DNA of 63,963 nt, the filler included, from Atractiella rhizophila (lineage: Eukaryota): NCBI GenBank assembly GCA_021432655.1. It is 4 parts of 4 records of this genome, joined end to end, with 100 filler letters (N's around TTAATTAATTAA, not from the genome) between each part and the next. Parts side by side here need not be neighbours in the genome. Positions count along the whole stretch, not along the records: positions 41,240 to 61,622 come from MU271834.1; 3 more parts are not named here. One strand, given 5' to 3'. Below, piece after piece: positions 48,731-61,722 of the stretch. Position numbers and translations under genes: made by a program. Under the pieces are notes generated by a model. That model had not been told where the DNA came from, did no database searches, and was given only the letters and a program-made list of their open reading frames with translations. How positions within the stretch are numbered: the stretch's first letter is position 1; each line of letters opens with the position of its first letter.

Positions 48731-49199
48731 GATGTTTGCGGTAACGTCTTCGTCGCACATTTCTCTGGTTGAACAAAGTACTCCTAATTCATGGAATTGA
48801 AAAGAGTGGTCGAGTTAAAATTTGATCGGCGAGGATGCTCCCGAAGATGCATGGGATAATTTCTCCAGACATAAAGTGCTAAGTACTCGTTTTGAATCCC
48901 ATCAAGAAACCCGCTCATGAAATAGCATTCGCAAAGTCTTTCCTGATATCCATACCTGTATAGCTCGTAATCATTGGGCAGTGGGAAAATTGGGTTGTTC
49001 AAGGTGTGTCCTCCACAAGTCCAACTTCCTTCATCTGTCATCGCTCCACTATCTATCATGCATTTCATGCACTTTAATGGAACATCAAGTACAACTTGTA
49101 GAAGTTCCTGCCGTTCTCTTCAAGTTCTGGGATGAGCGACCATGGCACGCTAGAGATTAGGGCTTACCGATCAGTCAACTTTACCCCTCCCTACCTTGA

Positions 49200-51044
49200 T
49201 TACTCTCCGAATCCGTTCCCCATCACTCAACCATCTATCACGTAAATGCGTGAGTGACGAGCACACAAGAAAACACGACCTACAAAACGACGAGACAGCC
49301 TATTCCACAAACCGCACCAGTTCCCAAATGAATAGCCAATCCCTTCACCCCCATTCCCTTGACTCCGTTGGGATCGGAAGCGAAAGAGGCCTCGCTCCAC
49401 CGTACCGCCGCTCCTGCTATGAGAAAAGCGAAGAGAGTGGAACGGGAAGGGAGTGTGGTTCCCCATCGTATGGTCACCGGAAGAGCAAGTCCATCCCTCT
49501 TGTTTCCCTCCACCCTCTCCACCTTCTCCGTAGACTCTACCATCACCTCCTGTTTCGTTGCCATCTCGACCTTAGGCGTCAGACGCCGACGACCGATCCA
49601 TGATTGAATGAAGTAGACGGCGTAGAGGATGCGACATCCCATGTTGACGGCGTTAGCAGCTATCATTCCCCTTTCCTCCCATCCCAGCACTTTGACGAAG
49701 AAAGCAACTGCTGCGAGGTATATGGCAGAGAAGAGGACCATGGCTTTTGACATGTTTGTGATCTCCTCTCCTTCTGCGACGGATTGGACGAATGCTTCGG
49801 TAATACCGTTTATTCCTAGGAACGGGAGATGGTACACGTACGCCTTTAGTATGTCGGCCGCTGAAGAGGAAGAGGAGGAGGAGGACGGAGAGGACCAGCG
49901 GCGGCCGAGGACGAGGGTGAGGAGAGGGGAGATGTATGGGGGAGCGAGGAGAAGGAGAAGGAGGGAGAGGTGGGTTTGGAATGTGAGGAGGGAAGTGAGG
50001 AGGCGGAGGGAGGAGTTGGCGCCGGAGGTGGTGGTGGAGGGTGAAGAGGAGGAGTAGTGCAGGCGTGAGGATTCTTCGATGGGTTGGAAAAGCACTCGCG
50101 CTATTAAGGAGCCTGCGATGTTCCGTATCACTTCAGTATGTTATTCTGACGTTGGAAGTGACAAACCATAGTTTAGGGCGAGAGCGTAGCCTCCTTGTTG
50201 AGATGGAGGAGAGATGTAGGAGACTATCATCTTGTCTCCCTCGCTCAAGAACTGTTTCACGAGCGATTGCCTCGTCAAAGACTTCGCTAAGTCAAGAGAC
50301 GAAGGATCAAATCGACCTTCGCTTTAGCACATCGATGCATTGATTAGCCATATTGCAACGAAAAGCGAGTGAGACATACATCGGATTTTCTTCTATGACC
50401 CTCTGTGGAACCAACGGCACGCTCTCTCCACCTGACAAACTGAAATATCTCCATCCATACCCTCCCAACAAAGCGAGCGACCAAACGACCTGTCCTATTC
50501 CGAATCCCAACAACGCACGATCTTCCCCTCCATACCAAATAGCTCCCAGAGTGGCGACAGACTTGAGGACGACGGCTCGTCCTTCGATCCTGACTCGCAG
50601 CGATACGTCGCCGGACCGCTGAGCAAGGATGTAGTACGGTTCGGTGACGAGCTCAATGAGTGTCGAGAGGAGGTAGAGGGCGAGGGCGGGATGGAAATAC
50701 GGCTGGGATATGGTGGACAGCGGGAGGGTGTAGAGGTACAGCGACGCGAGAAGGAGAGTAACCGGTGTGCCCAGCAGCAGGGGGAGTGTGGCCGTGTTGC
50801 GTATCCTTGTCTCGCTGACAGCAAGCGGTGGAGAAAGAGAAGGAGAAGAGAATGGCCTGCGTATGAGAGCGCCGCGGACGCCTTCTCGCGAGAGGAAGAG
50901 GATGGTGTTGAGCAGCGTCTCGAACTGGATAGACGCTGTGCCGAGGACCGCGGGCGAGACGACGCGGAGGAGGGACTGGTTGAGGGCGAAGGTGAGCACA
51001 CGCGACGTGGCTGAGAGCAGGATAAGCGGCACTGCAGAGCTCAT
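49200..51044 (-). CDS. RFT1: Man5GlcNAc2-PP-dolichol translocation protein Rft1
   Basis: 'SRVLTFALNQ', 'QFETLLNTILFLSREGVR', 'IELVTEP', 'GSLIARVLFQPIEESSR', 'FLGINGITEAFVQ', 'ANAVNMGCRI'. The exact 3' end is uncertain (49200 or ~49171). Confidence 0.93.
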
Positions 51045-51173
51045 CTCATAACATTACTGAATGAATACATCATTATTGGCACTGCCACGTGTCACGTTTT
51101 CGATCGCGAGTGCTGCGTATTACCCTTGTTCCTCTTTTCATTTGTAACATACAACATTAAAACATTCGTAACC
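51045..51173. promoter_or_regulatory. Compact bidirectional promoter RFT1/IF3 with CACGTG E-box
   Basis: 129 bp between divergent ATGs. GGCACTGCCACGTGTC and TTTCGATCGCGAGTGCTGCGTATT are conserved in the second copy while their flanks diverge. Confidence 0.55.
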
Positions 51174-51755
51174 ATGTTATTGATACGGCACCTGCTGCCA
51201 AAAGCACGCCACTTCTCGCTCTTCTCCCCCCTTTTTAACCTGAAGAACGACGCCATCGGGCCCCCCAACCAACTCCTCCGCCTCGTCTCTCCCGAAACAA
51301 ACGCGCTCCTCCCCCCACGAGCCCTCCGCGACATCCTCCGCACCGTCCCGCTCTCCACGCACTCCCTCGTCCTCGTCGCGCCAGCGAACGCGCAGGATGG
51401 CACCCTCGCCGTCGTGAAGATCCTGCCGAACGAGGAGCAGAAGCTGCCTCACAGTCGGGACGCGAGGGAGAGCAGGAAGAAGGAGAAGGAGGGGAAGGAG
51501 AAGGCGAAGGAGGTGGCGTTGACCTGGAGTGCGGATGGACATGATGTCGAGTATAAGTTGAAGAGGGCGAAGGCTTGGTTGGAGGAGGGAAGGAAGGTCG
51601 AGGTCAGTTTTACGAGGAAGAAGGGGACACAGGTCACCAAGGAGGGGATGAAGGCACTCATGCAGAGTGTTCAGAGTGAGTTGGAGGAGATCGCTAAAAG
51701 GACAGCGACTGGGGAAGAGAAGGGTGAGGTAAGGTGGACGTTTGTTAAGAAGTAG
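51174..51755 (+). CDS. Mitochondrial translation initiation factor IF-3-like protein, copy 1
   Basis: Basic presequence. IF3-N-like 'NDAI..LLRLV..LVLVAP..VVKI' and IF3-C-like 'KEVALTWSADGHDVEYKLKRAKAWLEEGRKVEVSF'. Confidence 0.85.
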   Translation: MLLIRHLLPKARHFSLFSPLFNLKNDAIGPPNQLLRLVSPETNALLPPRALRDILRTVPLSTHSLVLVAPANAQDGTLAVVKILPNEEQKLPHSRDARESRKKEKEGKEKAKEVALTWSADGHDVEYKLKRAKAWLEEGRKVEVSFTRKKGTQVTKEGMKALMQSVQSELEEIAKRTATGEEKGEVRWTFVKK

Positions 51756-52357
51756 CTGCAGTGAGTTTTCTGGTATTGATATCGAAAGGTCAAACGTTGA
51801 GGCATTTTCTTCCTTAGTACTTAGCTTGAATGTCATTTTCGAGTTTCTTCTATGTCACATCATCTTGACCAGCTTTCTTGTTATTTTCAACATGTTATGG
51901 ATTGAGTTTGTTACAACCGCATAAACGCGCCATCTTTTGTTTGCAGCACACGAGCATGGATAGGCTGTCTCTTGTTTGAGAGAGGTTAGTTAGGAATCCA
52001 TACGCACAAACCGCCTGCAAGCCGCTTTAGCCTCCTCGAAATCCACCCCAGTCTCCCTGAACACTCTCAACCCATCCTCATCCCTCTCCACCTCCCTCCT
52101 CCAAATCTCCAACCCGACCTCTCCCCTCGAAATCTCTCCATCAGGGCGAGACGACGCGGAGGAGGGACTGGTTGAGGGCGAAGGTGAGCACACGCGACGT
52201 GGCTGAGAGCAGGATAAGCGGCACTGCAGAGCTCATCTTATCAGCACTACCCTTACAGCATTATGGCACTGCCACGTGTCGGTTTCTTTCGATCGCGAGT
52301 GCTGCGTATTGCCTTGTTTCCTGTTTGTCATACTGAAGCATTAAAGCATTCATAACC

Positions 52358-52939
52358 ATGTTACTGATACGGCACCTGCTGCCAAAAGCACGCCACTTCT
52401 CGCTCTTCTCTCCCCTTTTCAACCTAAAGAACGACGCCATCGGCCCCCCCAACCAACTCCTCCGCCTCGTCTCTCCCGAAACGAACGCGCTGCTCCCCCC
52501 ACGAGCCCTCCGCGACATCCTCCGCACCGTCCCGCTCTCCACGCACTCCCTCGTCCTCGTCGCGCCAGCGAACGCGCAAGATGGTACGCTCGCCGTCGTG
52601 AAGATCCTGCCGAACGAAGAGCAGAAGCTGCCGCATAGTAGGGACGCGAGGGAGAGCAGGAAGAAGGAGAAGGAGGCGAAGGAGAAGGCGAAGGAGGTCG
52701 CGTTGACCTGGAGCGCGGATGGACACGATGTCGAGTATAAGTTGAAGAGGGCGAAGGCTTGGTTGGAGGAGGGAAGGAAGGTCGAGGTCAGTTTTACGAG
52801 GAAGAAGGGGACGCAAGTCACCAAGGAGGGGATGAAGGCACTCATGCAGAGTGTTCAGAGTGAGTTGGAGGAGATCGCTAAAAGGACAGCGACTGGGGAA
52901 GAGAAGGGTGAGGTAAGGTGGACGTTTGTTAAGAAGTAG
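52358..52939 (+). CDS. Mitochondrial translation initiation factor IF-3-like protein, copy 2
   Basis: 193-aa ORF differing from copy 1 at one residue (G vs A). Confidence 0.85.
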   Translation: MLLIRHLLPKARHFSLFSPLFNLKNDAIGPPNQLLRLVSPETNALLPPRALRDILRTVPLSTHSLVLVAPANAQDGTLAVVKILPNEEQKLPHSRDARESRKKEKEAKEKAKEVALTWSADGHDVEYKLKRAKAWLEEGRKVEVSFTRKKGTQVTKEGMKALMQSVQSELEEIAKRTATGEEKGEVRWTFVKK

Positions 52940-53173
52940 CTGCAGTGAGTTTTCTGGTATTGATATCGAAAGGTCAAACGTTGAGGCATTTTCTTCCTTA
53001 GTACTTAGCTTGAATGTCATTTTCGAGTTTCTTCTATGTCACATCATCTTGACCAGCTTTCTTGTTATTTTCAACATGTTATGGATTGAGTTTGTTACAA
53101 CCGCATAAACGCGCCATCTTTTGTTTGCAGCACACGAGCATGGATAGGCTGTCTCTTGTTTGAGAGAGGTTAG

Positions 53174-55911
53174 TTAGGAATCCATACGCACAAACCGCCT
53201 GCAAGCCGCTTTAGCCTCCTCGAAATCCACCCCAGTCTCCCTGAACACTCTCAACCCATCCTCATCCCTCTCCACCTCCCTCCTCCAAATCTCCAACCCG
53301 ACCTCTCCCCTCGAAATCTCTCCATCACCCAAATGCGCCCCAGCCTTCACCAAAGCCTTCACGACGTCCTCATGTCCCAACGTGGCAGCGAGGAAGAGCG
53401 GAGTGTGCCCGTTCTTGTCTCGCAGATGGACAGACGCCGAACTCTCCAGCAGCAAGGTCACGTTGGACAGGATGCCGGCGGAAGAAGCGATGTGCAGGCC
53501 CGTCTGGTCGATTGCATTGCAGGGGGTGTTGAGCAGCGAAAAGTTGGCGTTGGCCGTCAAGCTTGTCATGCTCGTCGGCCGACGGGATCCAGTGGACACA
53601 GTCCCCCCAACAGCCAGAGTTAGGGACGGCGGAGGTGAAGAGGGAGGGTCGACGTAGTCCCGAATCAGACGCTCCAACGTACCGTCACTCCGTCCTGCCG
53701 CTTGTCCTAAGAGAACAGGCAGGAGTTCACGTTCTGCGGCGGACACTTGTTCGTTTGAGACTCTCGTCGAGCTGCCCACGGTTTGGTTGAGCGAATCGGA
53801 CGCTTGAAGGTCGGTGGGATCGAGGGAGGAACAAGCGAGGAGGTGAGAGAGCAATCGGTCGATTCGTTGGTCTTGCGTTTCAGCTGAAAAACGCACGGTT
53901 TCCACTGGCGGCGTCAATTCGCCGCGAAGGGAGCGTGGAATCAAGGCTCGGATTTGATCCTTTGTTAAGTTTGGCTTAGAGAGCAGGTACCCGAGTTTTG
54001 CTAAGGCGGCCTCGACGGTCATGTCCTCTCCTGTGAAACAATGGATCAGAATATACCTCAATTGGATTAAGGAGTTACCAGGTATGACGCCGATTTCCTT
54101 AAGAGCTCTACCCGTTTCGTAGATGTCGCTTACAGAGCCTGTGCAGGCGTCAGTCATCCAAGGATAATCCAGCCGACTGGTGTTCACCTTGATGGCACTT
54201 TCATGTCATGTAAGGCAGTATATTATGAGATCGCGAAGAATACGGACCTGTGTGATGTTAACAATCACGACGCCTCGGTCAGCAGCTTCTTTCAGCGCAT
54301 CTCTCAGGTCTTTTCTTCGGGGAGCGTTTCCAGCACCGAAGGTTTGAAGTACTGAACTGCAGCTCAGGCCGATGATAGCAATCTTTTCAATAAACCGACG
54401 AACCAAGGCCTTGTAAAGGAGGGGCGAGAAACGCTCGGACAGTCTACTCATCCGTCAGCAAGAAGCCATCTAGTAAACAGCAACGCACAGCCGCGCTAAT
54501 GCCAGGGAACAATCTTAAGGATGCTGGCATAACATCAATTCCAAACTAAAGCAAAGAGTAACAAGCATACCGACATTTGGATTGTAATCCTTGTGCGCCC
54601 GGAATCCTTTGATCGCTGTCGGCTTGAGAACAAGATCCCATTCCACCTTCCCATCGATCAGCCTGGAATCTTCTCATATGCTGTTACACGCACCTGAATG
54701 TTAATGCCTACTTTCACCAGTGGCGGAAAGTTGAAACTTGTAAAAGCATCAAAGTCCACACTGCTTTGTTTGGTGCAGCGATTGCCACGGTACAAGGCAT
54801 CATTGAAGTAAAGAGTTACTTCTGGTAACAAGTAGCGTCCAGCAATTGTTAAGGCACCTAGTAAGTTCTCCACGGCATCGTTTCGCAGATCCGACAACGG
54901 GATTTGAGCGCCCGTGATGATCACAGTCTTCCTACTCCAACCTAAGTGCAAAAAACCGAAAAAGAGGACGATTTACCCTAAGTCTTCGAGCAAAAATGAC
55001 AGAGCAGATGCCGAATAGGCCATCGTGTCCGTGCCATGCAAAATAACAAAGCCATCGAAATTGGTATAATTCGCTTCGATATCTGCAAGAGAGGTGAACA
55101 CAGTGTCTCAAACCAATCGACACAAACCTTTAGCTATCCTGATCCAATCTGCAACAAGTGGATGAAATCAACCTTCAGCAGTTCTTATCGAGATCTGCGC
55201 ACCTGCTAGCTCTACTTCTGAGCTATCTATTTGACAATTTGAGACAGTGTCATCCAAACGAAGATAGACAAACCGATAAGCGGGTCGTATTCGAGTATGC
55301 AATACTTTGTCCGCCTACCTTGACTGCTCTTTGGAGTAATCAAGTAAGGTAATTGCAAATCTCCATTCTGCGTGTGAACGAGTACAGTATGTCCAAGTTT
55401 TGCTAGACGCGAGCTGAGCTGTTGCTTTGAAAAGGCATTGGCCCACTTGACGTCGTCAGAACTGGGAGACTGCACTTCGCTGTTGGAAGCGCTCCAAGAT
55501 CGGTAGGAATCCACGGAGTGAGAGTGTTCCATGATGGAGTCGCCCATGGGATCGTGGAATCGAGATTGTGATTTGAGGCTGCAGCAGCTGTAAAATGTCG
55601 TACAGTTTATTATAAATGTACAGACTTTTCGAGGAGATATCCACGTATTGGAGTGTACCTGTTCTTTCATTCGGTGGGATGCTTTAGGCGGACCCATAGA
55701 GGCTTACCCCCCTTCCCCTTTGACCATTCCGATCGTACCTGAAAAAAACTAATATGAGCTGGGTTCAGTGATGAAAATGTGGATGGTAAAATCACCTCCA
55801 GTATACAGTACCAAAATCTGGGACTGGTCTATTAAACGGCGCTGAGTAAACGCAGGCGAGATAGCTTTCTACACCCACCAATGTGCCTTCCAGTTGGAGG
55901 AGCGTCTGCAT
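53174..55911 (-). CDS. Type I L-asparaginase with C-terminal ankyrin repeats (60-kDa lysophospholipase/ASPG-like); start uncertain
   Basis: '[12 protein letters not shown]', 'ILEYDPL', '[22 protein letters not shown]', '[22 protein letters not shown]', 'YRGNRCTK', '[10 protein letters not shown]', '[15 protein letters not shown]', ankyrin '[11 protein letters not shown]'. Confidence 0.93.
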
Positions 55912-56077
55912 GCTGTCGAAAGTTGACTGCATCGCTCGACACTGTAAAATTGCGACCTGACATGACTATGCAATGACCATTTAGTACACTAGTACTTTGA
56001 AAGTTCAGTGTCACATACCCGGTAGCTTTATACCTCGAGATTACTGCTGCCCTTTGTTCATCGCAATTCATTTTCAT

Positions 56078-56513
56078 TCATTTTAACGGGATCGGCAGGG
56101 CGGTCGGAAGAGAGAAAAGACGAGCACAGTTTGTTACCACGCAGCTCAACCAACCACTTGGATCAGTAGGAAACCTCATTGCATCAACGAATGGCAGATA
56201 TACATGGTTAAATTTATGTTTACACATTCTCCTCGCTTGCGTCGCTATAGCTCCTATAAGGACAGCCACTACGGGAAACAATATGGGAGTGAAGGCTAAC
56301 GTCCAACCTAACTCCTTCTTTTCTGTCATCTGGACCTAGATATCTGTCCTTCAGCAAGAAGTATATACCTGACCCATTAAACTTGCGCGTGCAGCTTCGG
56401 AAGTGAATATAAACATAGCGATCGGGAGAATACCGAAAAGAATGGCGGTGATGATGAGTTGGAAAAATGACGTTTCCAATCTATGTCTCTGAACAACGCG
56501 ACAGGCAGTCATG
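56078..56513 (-). CDS. Possible small membrane protein (two hydrophobic segments, one intron)
   Basis: 'FFQLIITAILFGILPIAMFIF' and 'WTLAFTPILFPVVAVLIGAIA' are separated by a ~50-nt candidate intron. May extend upstream toward 57100. Confidence 0.35.
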
Positions 56514-57243
56514 TTTGTCGAAGTTTTGAATTTACGTCGACAATACTCGAGGAAGGCAGATTGTAGCCAACCCTATATAAGGGTTAACCAAGCTAGCATT
56601 GGACGAGGTTTCCAACGGCATTGGACTTGTCATTTCGCAAGTCGCATGTGACGTAGCCATTGTAAACCGTCGCCTAATATTCGAGAAAGATTTCGATGTT
56701 CGGCTCGTCGTATAGCGTGGAATATTTGGAAGTTCTATGTCGACGGACTCTACTATTGATCGTCATGTCCTCCTCCAAACAGCCAAATCCAAGCTCCCAA
56801 CGATGTTTTGTCAACATCATCTAAATTCCAGTGGTACCATAATCGACAGAACTTTGCTTAAAACTTGAACGTTTGAACTTTGACTTCAAAGACCTAGTTC
56901 CCCGATATACCTCAGGGAAGGGAAGAGACGGAGCTGTCGAAACTTCGAGGAGACCAGCTGCAGGAGCTCTCAAGTTGGGCTTCGACAATTTCGCGTGCAC
57001 TGGTTCACCTTCCAATGTCTGTCCGAACCTTGACGGCAGCGTCTTCAGCGAGACTGTCACCAGCAAACTGTATTGTGGTTGATTGAGGGAGTGATCCACG
57101 GAAGACTCCTGGAGAGGGTAGAGTTATCCAACCGTAGTTCCTCGAACCTGTTCAAGGTAGGCAAAACTGTTTAGGAACGCAGCAGAGCTCAAGATTTCTG
57201 ACATGCCGTTCAATGATTCGGATCTCGATGCAATTCGAAGTGG

Positions 57244-60200
57244 TCAAACCACAGATCCAATGTGAAGACATCTAAACCTGTTCCAATCGATATCTATCTC
57301 TTTCTCGGTCGATCTCTGTCCACCTTCCTGCACAAGTGGCACGATGGACGGCCGTCCATGGGCACAAATGAAAGGGAATTTGGTGCGTGATAAATCCTCG
57401 ATCAGATTCTTCGCCTGATTATGTTCGAGTAGCTAAACAGGCTTTGAAGTTAGCAACAGACAGGTGAACAAAGAAGAAAGGATACATCATTGAACATAAT
57501 GGCTCCTGTGAACTTCCTTCAATTCCTCCTCTGAATGAGGAGAACGACGCACCCCTGCATGCTTTCGAATTAACCAAATCTTTGAGAGCCTTCGGGCACC
57601 GTGCCATCTGTCCAACCCACCCGCTCCCTTTCTCACTCCCTTTGTGAGTACCAAATCCATCCTTAAGATCCGCGAGAAGTTCCTCTACAAAGTCGTTCAA
57701 AGCGAACCTCTGTCTCTCCTTCTCCTTCTTCCCTCCTTCGCCGCCAAATTTATGCCGCAGGAAGTATGGTACACTGAGTACCTTTCCGTCACCGATGCTG
57801 AATCCCCAACGCTCCAAATCGTTTGCTTCGTTGTCATCCAGCCGCACATCCAATTGAACAGGCACATCCAGAAAGAATCTCTCCTGTTCAGAAGGTGCGG
57901 CGCAGAGTTTTCTAAACAGCTTCTCTACACGGATGCGTTCGTGCGCAGCATGCTGATCAACCATGAAGAGCGTTTGTCCACTTTTGAGGAGAAGGAACTT
58001 TCTATCCACTTGGGCAATGTAGCGTGCCTCGTGAAGAGAAGAAGGAGTGATGGTTAGATCAGAGGTCATAGATGAGGACGAGAAGAAATTGGAGATAGTG
58101 CGACCGCAAATTCGCGTTTGTTGCTGCGCCACATCATCCAGAATTGATACAGACACGAGAGGTCGAGTGGCTTTGGTGCTTGATTGGAAAACTGGGTTCG
58201 CCCAACCCTACAGCTCATTTTAGATCATCTTGATGCTGACGAACAACCAGACCGAACCTGAAGTGCACCTTGCATCCACATCGGTGGCTCATCGACAACT
58301 TCTGAAACCTGGTCCGTGGCTCCTTGCATGTTTTCATTATTTACGTTGAGCTCGAACGGAGTCACGTCTTCTTCTAAAGCCTCTGCTTTACGTTTGACTC
58401 CTCTTGCAACATTATTAACACCTCTGGTAATCGGGAATCCGAGATCTTTGTGCACCTCTCTTCCGACCAAGTTCCCACGTTTGTTCGTCGATGTTCTATA
58501 TTCTTCCTTTTCCTTTGACTTGGTGAACTGGGGCTCCTTCCAGAGTGGTCTCAATATCCGTTGTTCCCTTTCGAAAGTGAAGCGCTCGCCAATTCTCTTG
58601 TCGTCATTTGGAGAGTTGATGAATCCATGACCGAGCAAAAAGGTGCGGATGATTCTTTCTAGAAATGCAAGCAATATTTCACCCTCCTATTCCCTCCGTT
58701 GAATTAGAATCACATCCTTCGTCGATTATGAATGTCAACGCACCGTGATCTGAATAACCTTCTTCTCAGGCTCCGTGCACAGATCCAACCATCTCTTTGG
58801 GAGTTGAAGTTCCAGGACGTAAACAGGGTATTTGTCTTTCCGTGGACCTTCGTCGTCCTATTTCTACAGTCAGTGGAGGGAATCTGATAAAGAGGCATCG
58901 AACGTGTTTCCCAAAAGAGCTATTGGCGAAAAGATTTTGAATGTGCTTGTGTAATGAGCAGTGAGCGAGGGGGCGCTTGTTAACATCTTCCTGGATATGA
59001 CTAACGGCCTGAATGTTGAACAACAGACCTACAGATGTATTGCGTTTGCTAGGGCCCCAGGGATCAGTGAATAATTAATATTAAGAACTGAGGGTACTTT
59101 GGATGCGGATGGGTCGAGAGAGATAAAACCCTCAGCGCCCATCTCCTCCTCCTGCAGATGGAGCCTCTCAACTCGCTATGTTATGCCTGTGTCAGGACGC
59201 CGAAGCCCACTCAACCGAAAGAGATACATACCTTCAAGCTGGCCGGCCCATGAATCTGCTTGAATGCCTCAGTCGCACTTGCAGTCTACTACACTCATTA
59301 GCCTCATCCACAGGTGGCCTTATGGACCACGGACCCGCAAGAGAAGCAGTACTCTCCTTTCCTTCCCCTTCCGCTCTCTCTCTACATCTCTCACTTCAAA
59401 CCTAACTCCCCTCCACACCATTGCAAGCCCCTCTACCATCTTTTTCACCTCATCCAAAGTGGACGCTGGGGACTTGTGAGACTTTCTGCGGACAGGATGC
59501 GAGGCGAAAAGTCCATGCAGCTGGATAGAAGTGAAAGATCGGGGATCGTGGGCAGGACTAGCGTTGATACTTGATGTAGGGATAATGTTCCCCTTGTTGC
59601 TCTTGCATGTAATGGTTCCATCAGATGAAATGCGTAATGTGTTGGCGAGAGGGGAAGAGACGTGGCGAGTCGTAATCGTCAGTGAGGAAGACAAGGCTGC
59701 CAGAGAGGCAAGAGCTTTGTGTACATATTGATAAGAGTTTGTTTTTATTTCGGCTGGTGGCTGAATGCGTACCTTCTCCTCGAAACCCGAATGTGTTGAC
59801 TTCTTGGAGACTTGATAGGGAGTGGGATTTAGATGTCGCTGCAAGCGGAAGGCGGTTGAAATGTCAGAAGTGTAAATATGGAATGAGCAGCAATGAATAT
59901 GGAGATAATCGGGCCACATCCAATTGAAGGAGATGACTTTCAACTGAATGCATGGGTTATTGATCAAGAGCAGAATTCAAAGATTTCATCTACAAGCTGG
60001 TTTGACTAAGATGGTAATAAAAAATCTGGCGATGCTCCTGGCGTGACACTGTCTTTGTTAAGAATAAAACGAAGGAAATCCAGTGGAGGCGCGTGGTAAA
60101 AGGTTATTTTGGGACGAAAGGCGTACCATATCTCTCTCCAAAAACGCTCAGATCCGGCGCTTCAATTCCAACCCCATCATCTGAGCAACGTATACTCCAG

Positions 60201-60352
60201 CGTTCACAGTCTACCTCAACAGTAACAGTCGTCGCACTTGCGTCCAAAGAGTTCTGCACGAGCTCGTTGACAGCAGTCGGCAGGGAAGTAATAACTGTTG
60301 TTGAACGGAGGGAGGCAATAGTCCTTTCGGGGAGTTGGCGTATAGAAGTCAT
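57244..60352 (-). CDS. MLH3: MutL homolog 3 (mismatch repair / meiotic crossover endonuclease)
   Basis: 'ELVQNSLDA', 'DDGVGI', 'TSK...TFGFRGEALASL', 'IAQVDRKF', 'VDQHAAHERIRVE', 'SKACRGAIMFND', 'FPFICAHGRPS'. Confidence 0.93.
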
Positions 60353-60715
60353 GTCGAAAAAAGTTTTCGCACAGACTTTTCCCGTGATTGTCAAGGGAAG
60401 GGAAGGTGGCGTTTCTGAACTAGAGACTCGAGCGTTATTACCCGCCCGGCCGGAGCTTTGCACCAGGCCAAAGGGCAGTCCAAACTGACACCTAAAAGAG
60501 ACACTGGGTTGATACTGGTAAGCGATCCGCTCTCATTCACGTCGATGGTTCTTCATCCTGTGTCGGCCTCCAGCTGGAGGTCTCAGTTAATTTGTTGATG
60601 AATGCTAAGACTTCAGCTTCATTGTTTGTTTTACAGAGCACGCTGGCAGAACCTGAAAACCCTCATGCACTCTCGACAGGTGCATGATTAGCTAACTTTT
60701 TGTCCTGACGCAGTA

Positions 60716-61622
60716 ATGATGGCGATCCGGGATAGCGATGATCTGCCCATTCCAAATGAGATACTCATCCAACTTCTTGAGCATGTTCTCCAGTCCTACA
60801 TTGAAACCAATAATCGCTCTCGGAGCTACCACTACGTGCAATACAAAGGTGTTGCAGGTCTTCTTTCACCACTCTCCCTCGTGCGGAAACGCTGGACGCG
60901 TATTGTTCGACGACTAATGTTTCGATTTCTTGTGCCGACCAAGGTTGAACAGACCGCGGAAGTGCTTGAAGCTAACGAAGAATGGTCTACATGGGTCAAA
61001 TACGCTCGTATCGTCTTGTTCCCTCGCGCCGGACAAGAGGCAATGTACATACTGCTCGCTGTCAGACACAACATCGTGGAGCTTGATATCGAGGTTTTTC
61101 AGGAAGTCAAGATCGATTGGCGCTCGTTCCATCAACTAAAGACGCTTCGTATAGACTTATTGGCATACGGCCTTTTGTTCGATTCTGTCATTCCAGCTGG
61201 ATCACTTCCAGACTCTCTCAAATCCCTCGAGCTCATCACACAGACCCCTCGCACGCTTTTACCGCCTGAACTTGAAGACATTTCCTTAATTTCGCTCAAC
61301 AATCTACGGATTTCGTCCAACGTTCAACTTGCTAGTTTGGAAAGCCTTGATCCTTTTTGTCTGATGGAGTCTTCCATATCTCTCTATATTGCTAGTCAAC
61401 ATCTCACATTGCTTATTCCCGCATGGAGCTCCGTCCGTTTTTTTGACATAACTGTCAACTCAGAATGCGTTTTCCCGCCTCTTCCATCGCTTGTATGGCT
61501 TACCGTGCGCAGTCCTCTCGACAAACACGAGCAGGAAAGGTTACTACTGGTGGAGTTCTTCGATTTTTTTCCTGACCTAAGTGCCTCGACAATGCTCAGG
61601 CACATTGGATTGGAAGGATGTT
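60716..61622 (+). CDS. F-box / LRR-like protein, 3' end lost in the gap
   Basis: 'LPIPNEILIQLLEHV...LSLVRKRWTRIVRRLMF' followed by LxxLxI repeats. Intronless over 900 nt. Confidence 0.7.
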
Positions 61623-61722
61623 NNNNNNNNNNNNNNNNNNNNNNNNNNNNNNNNNNNNNNNNNNNNTTAATTAATTAANNNNNNNNNNNNNNNNNNNNNN
61701 NNNNNNNNNNNNNNNNNNNNNN
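61623..61722. other. Artificial contig spacer
   Basis: N44-TTAATTAATTAA-N44. Confidence 0.98.

Larger units (their letters stand above)
50952..53327. repeat. Tandem direct duplication, units 50952-52143 and 52144-53327
   Basis: Each unit contains the first 31 codons of RFT1, the shared promoter, the whole IF3 gene and the last ~50 codons of the asparaginase. Confidence 0.97.
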
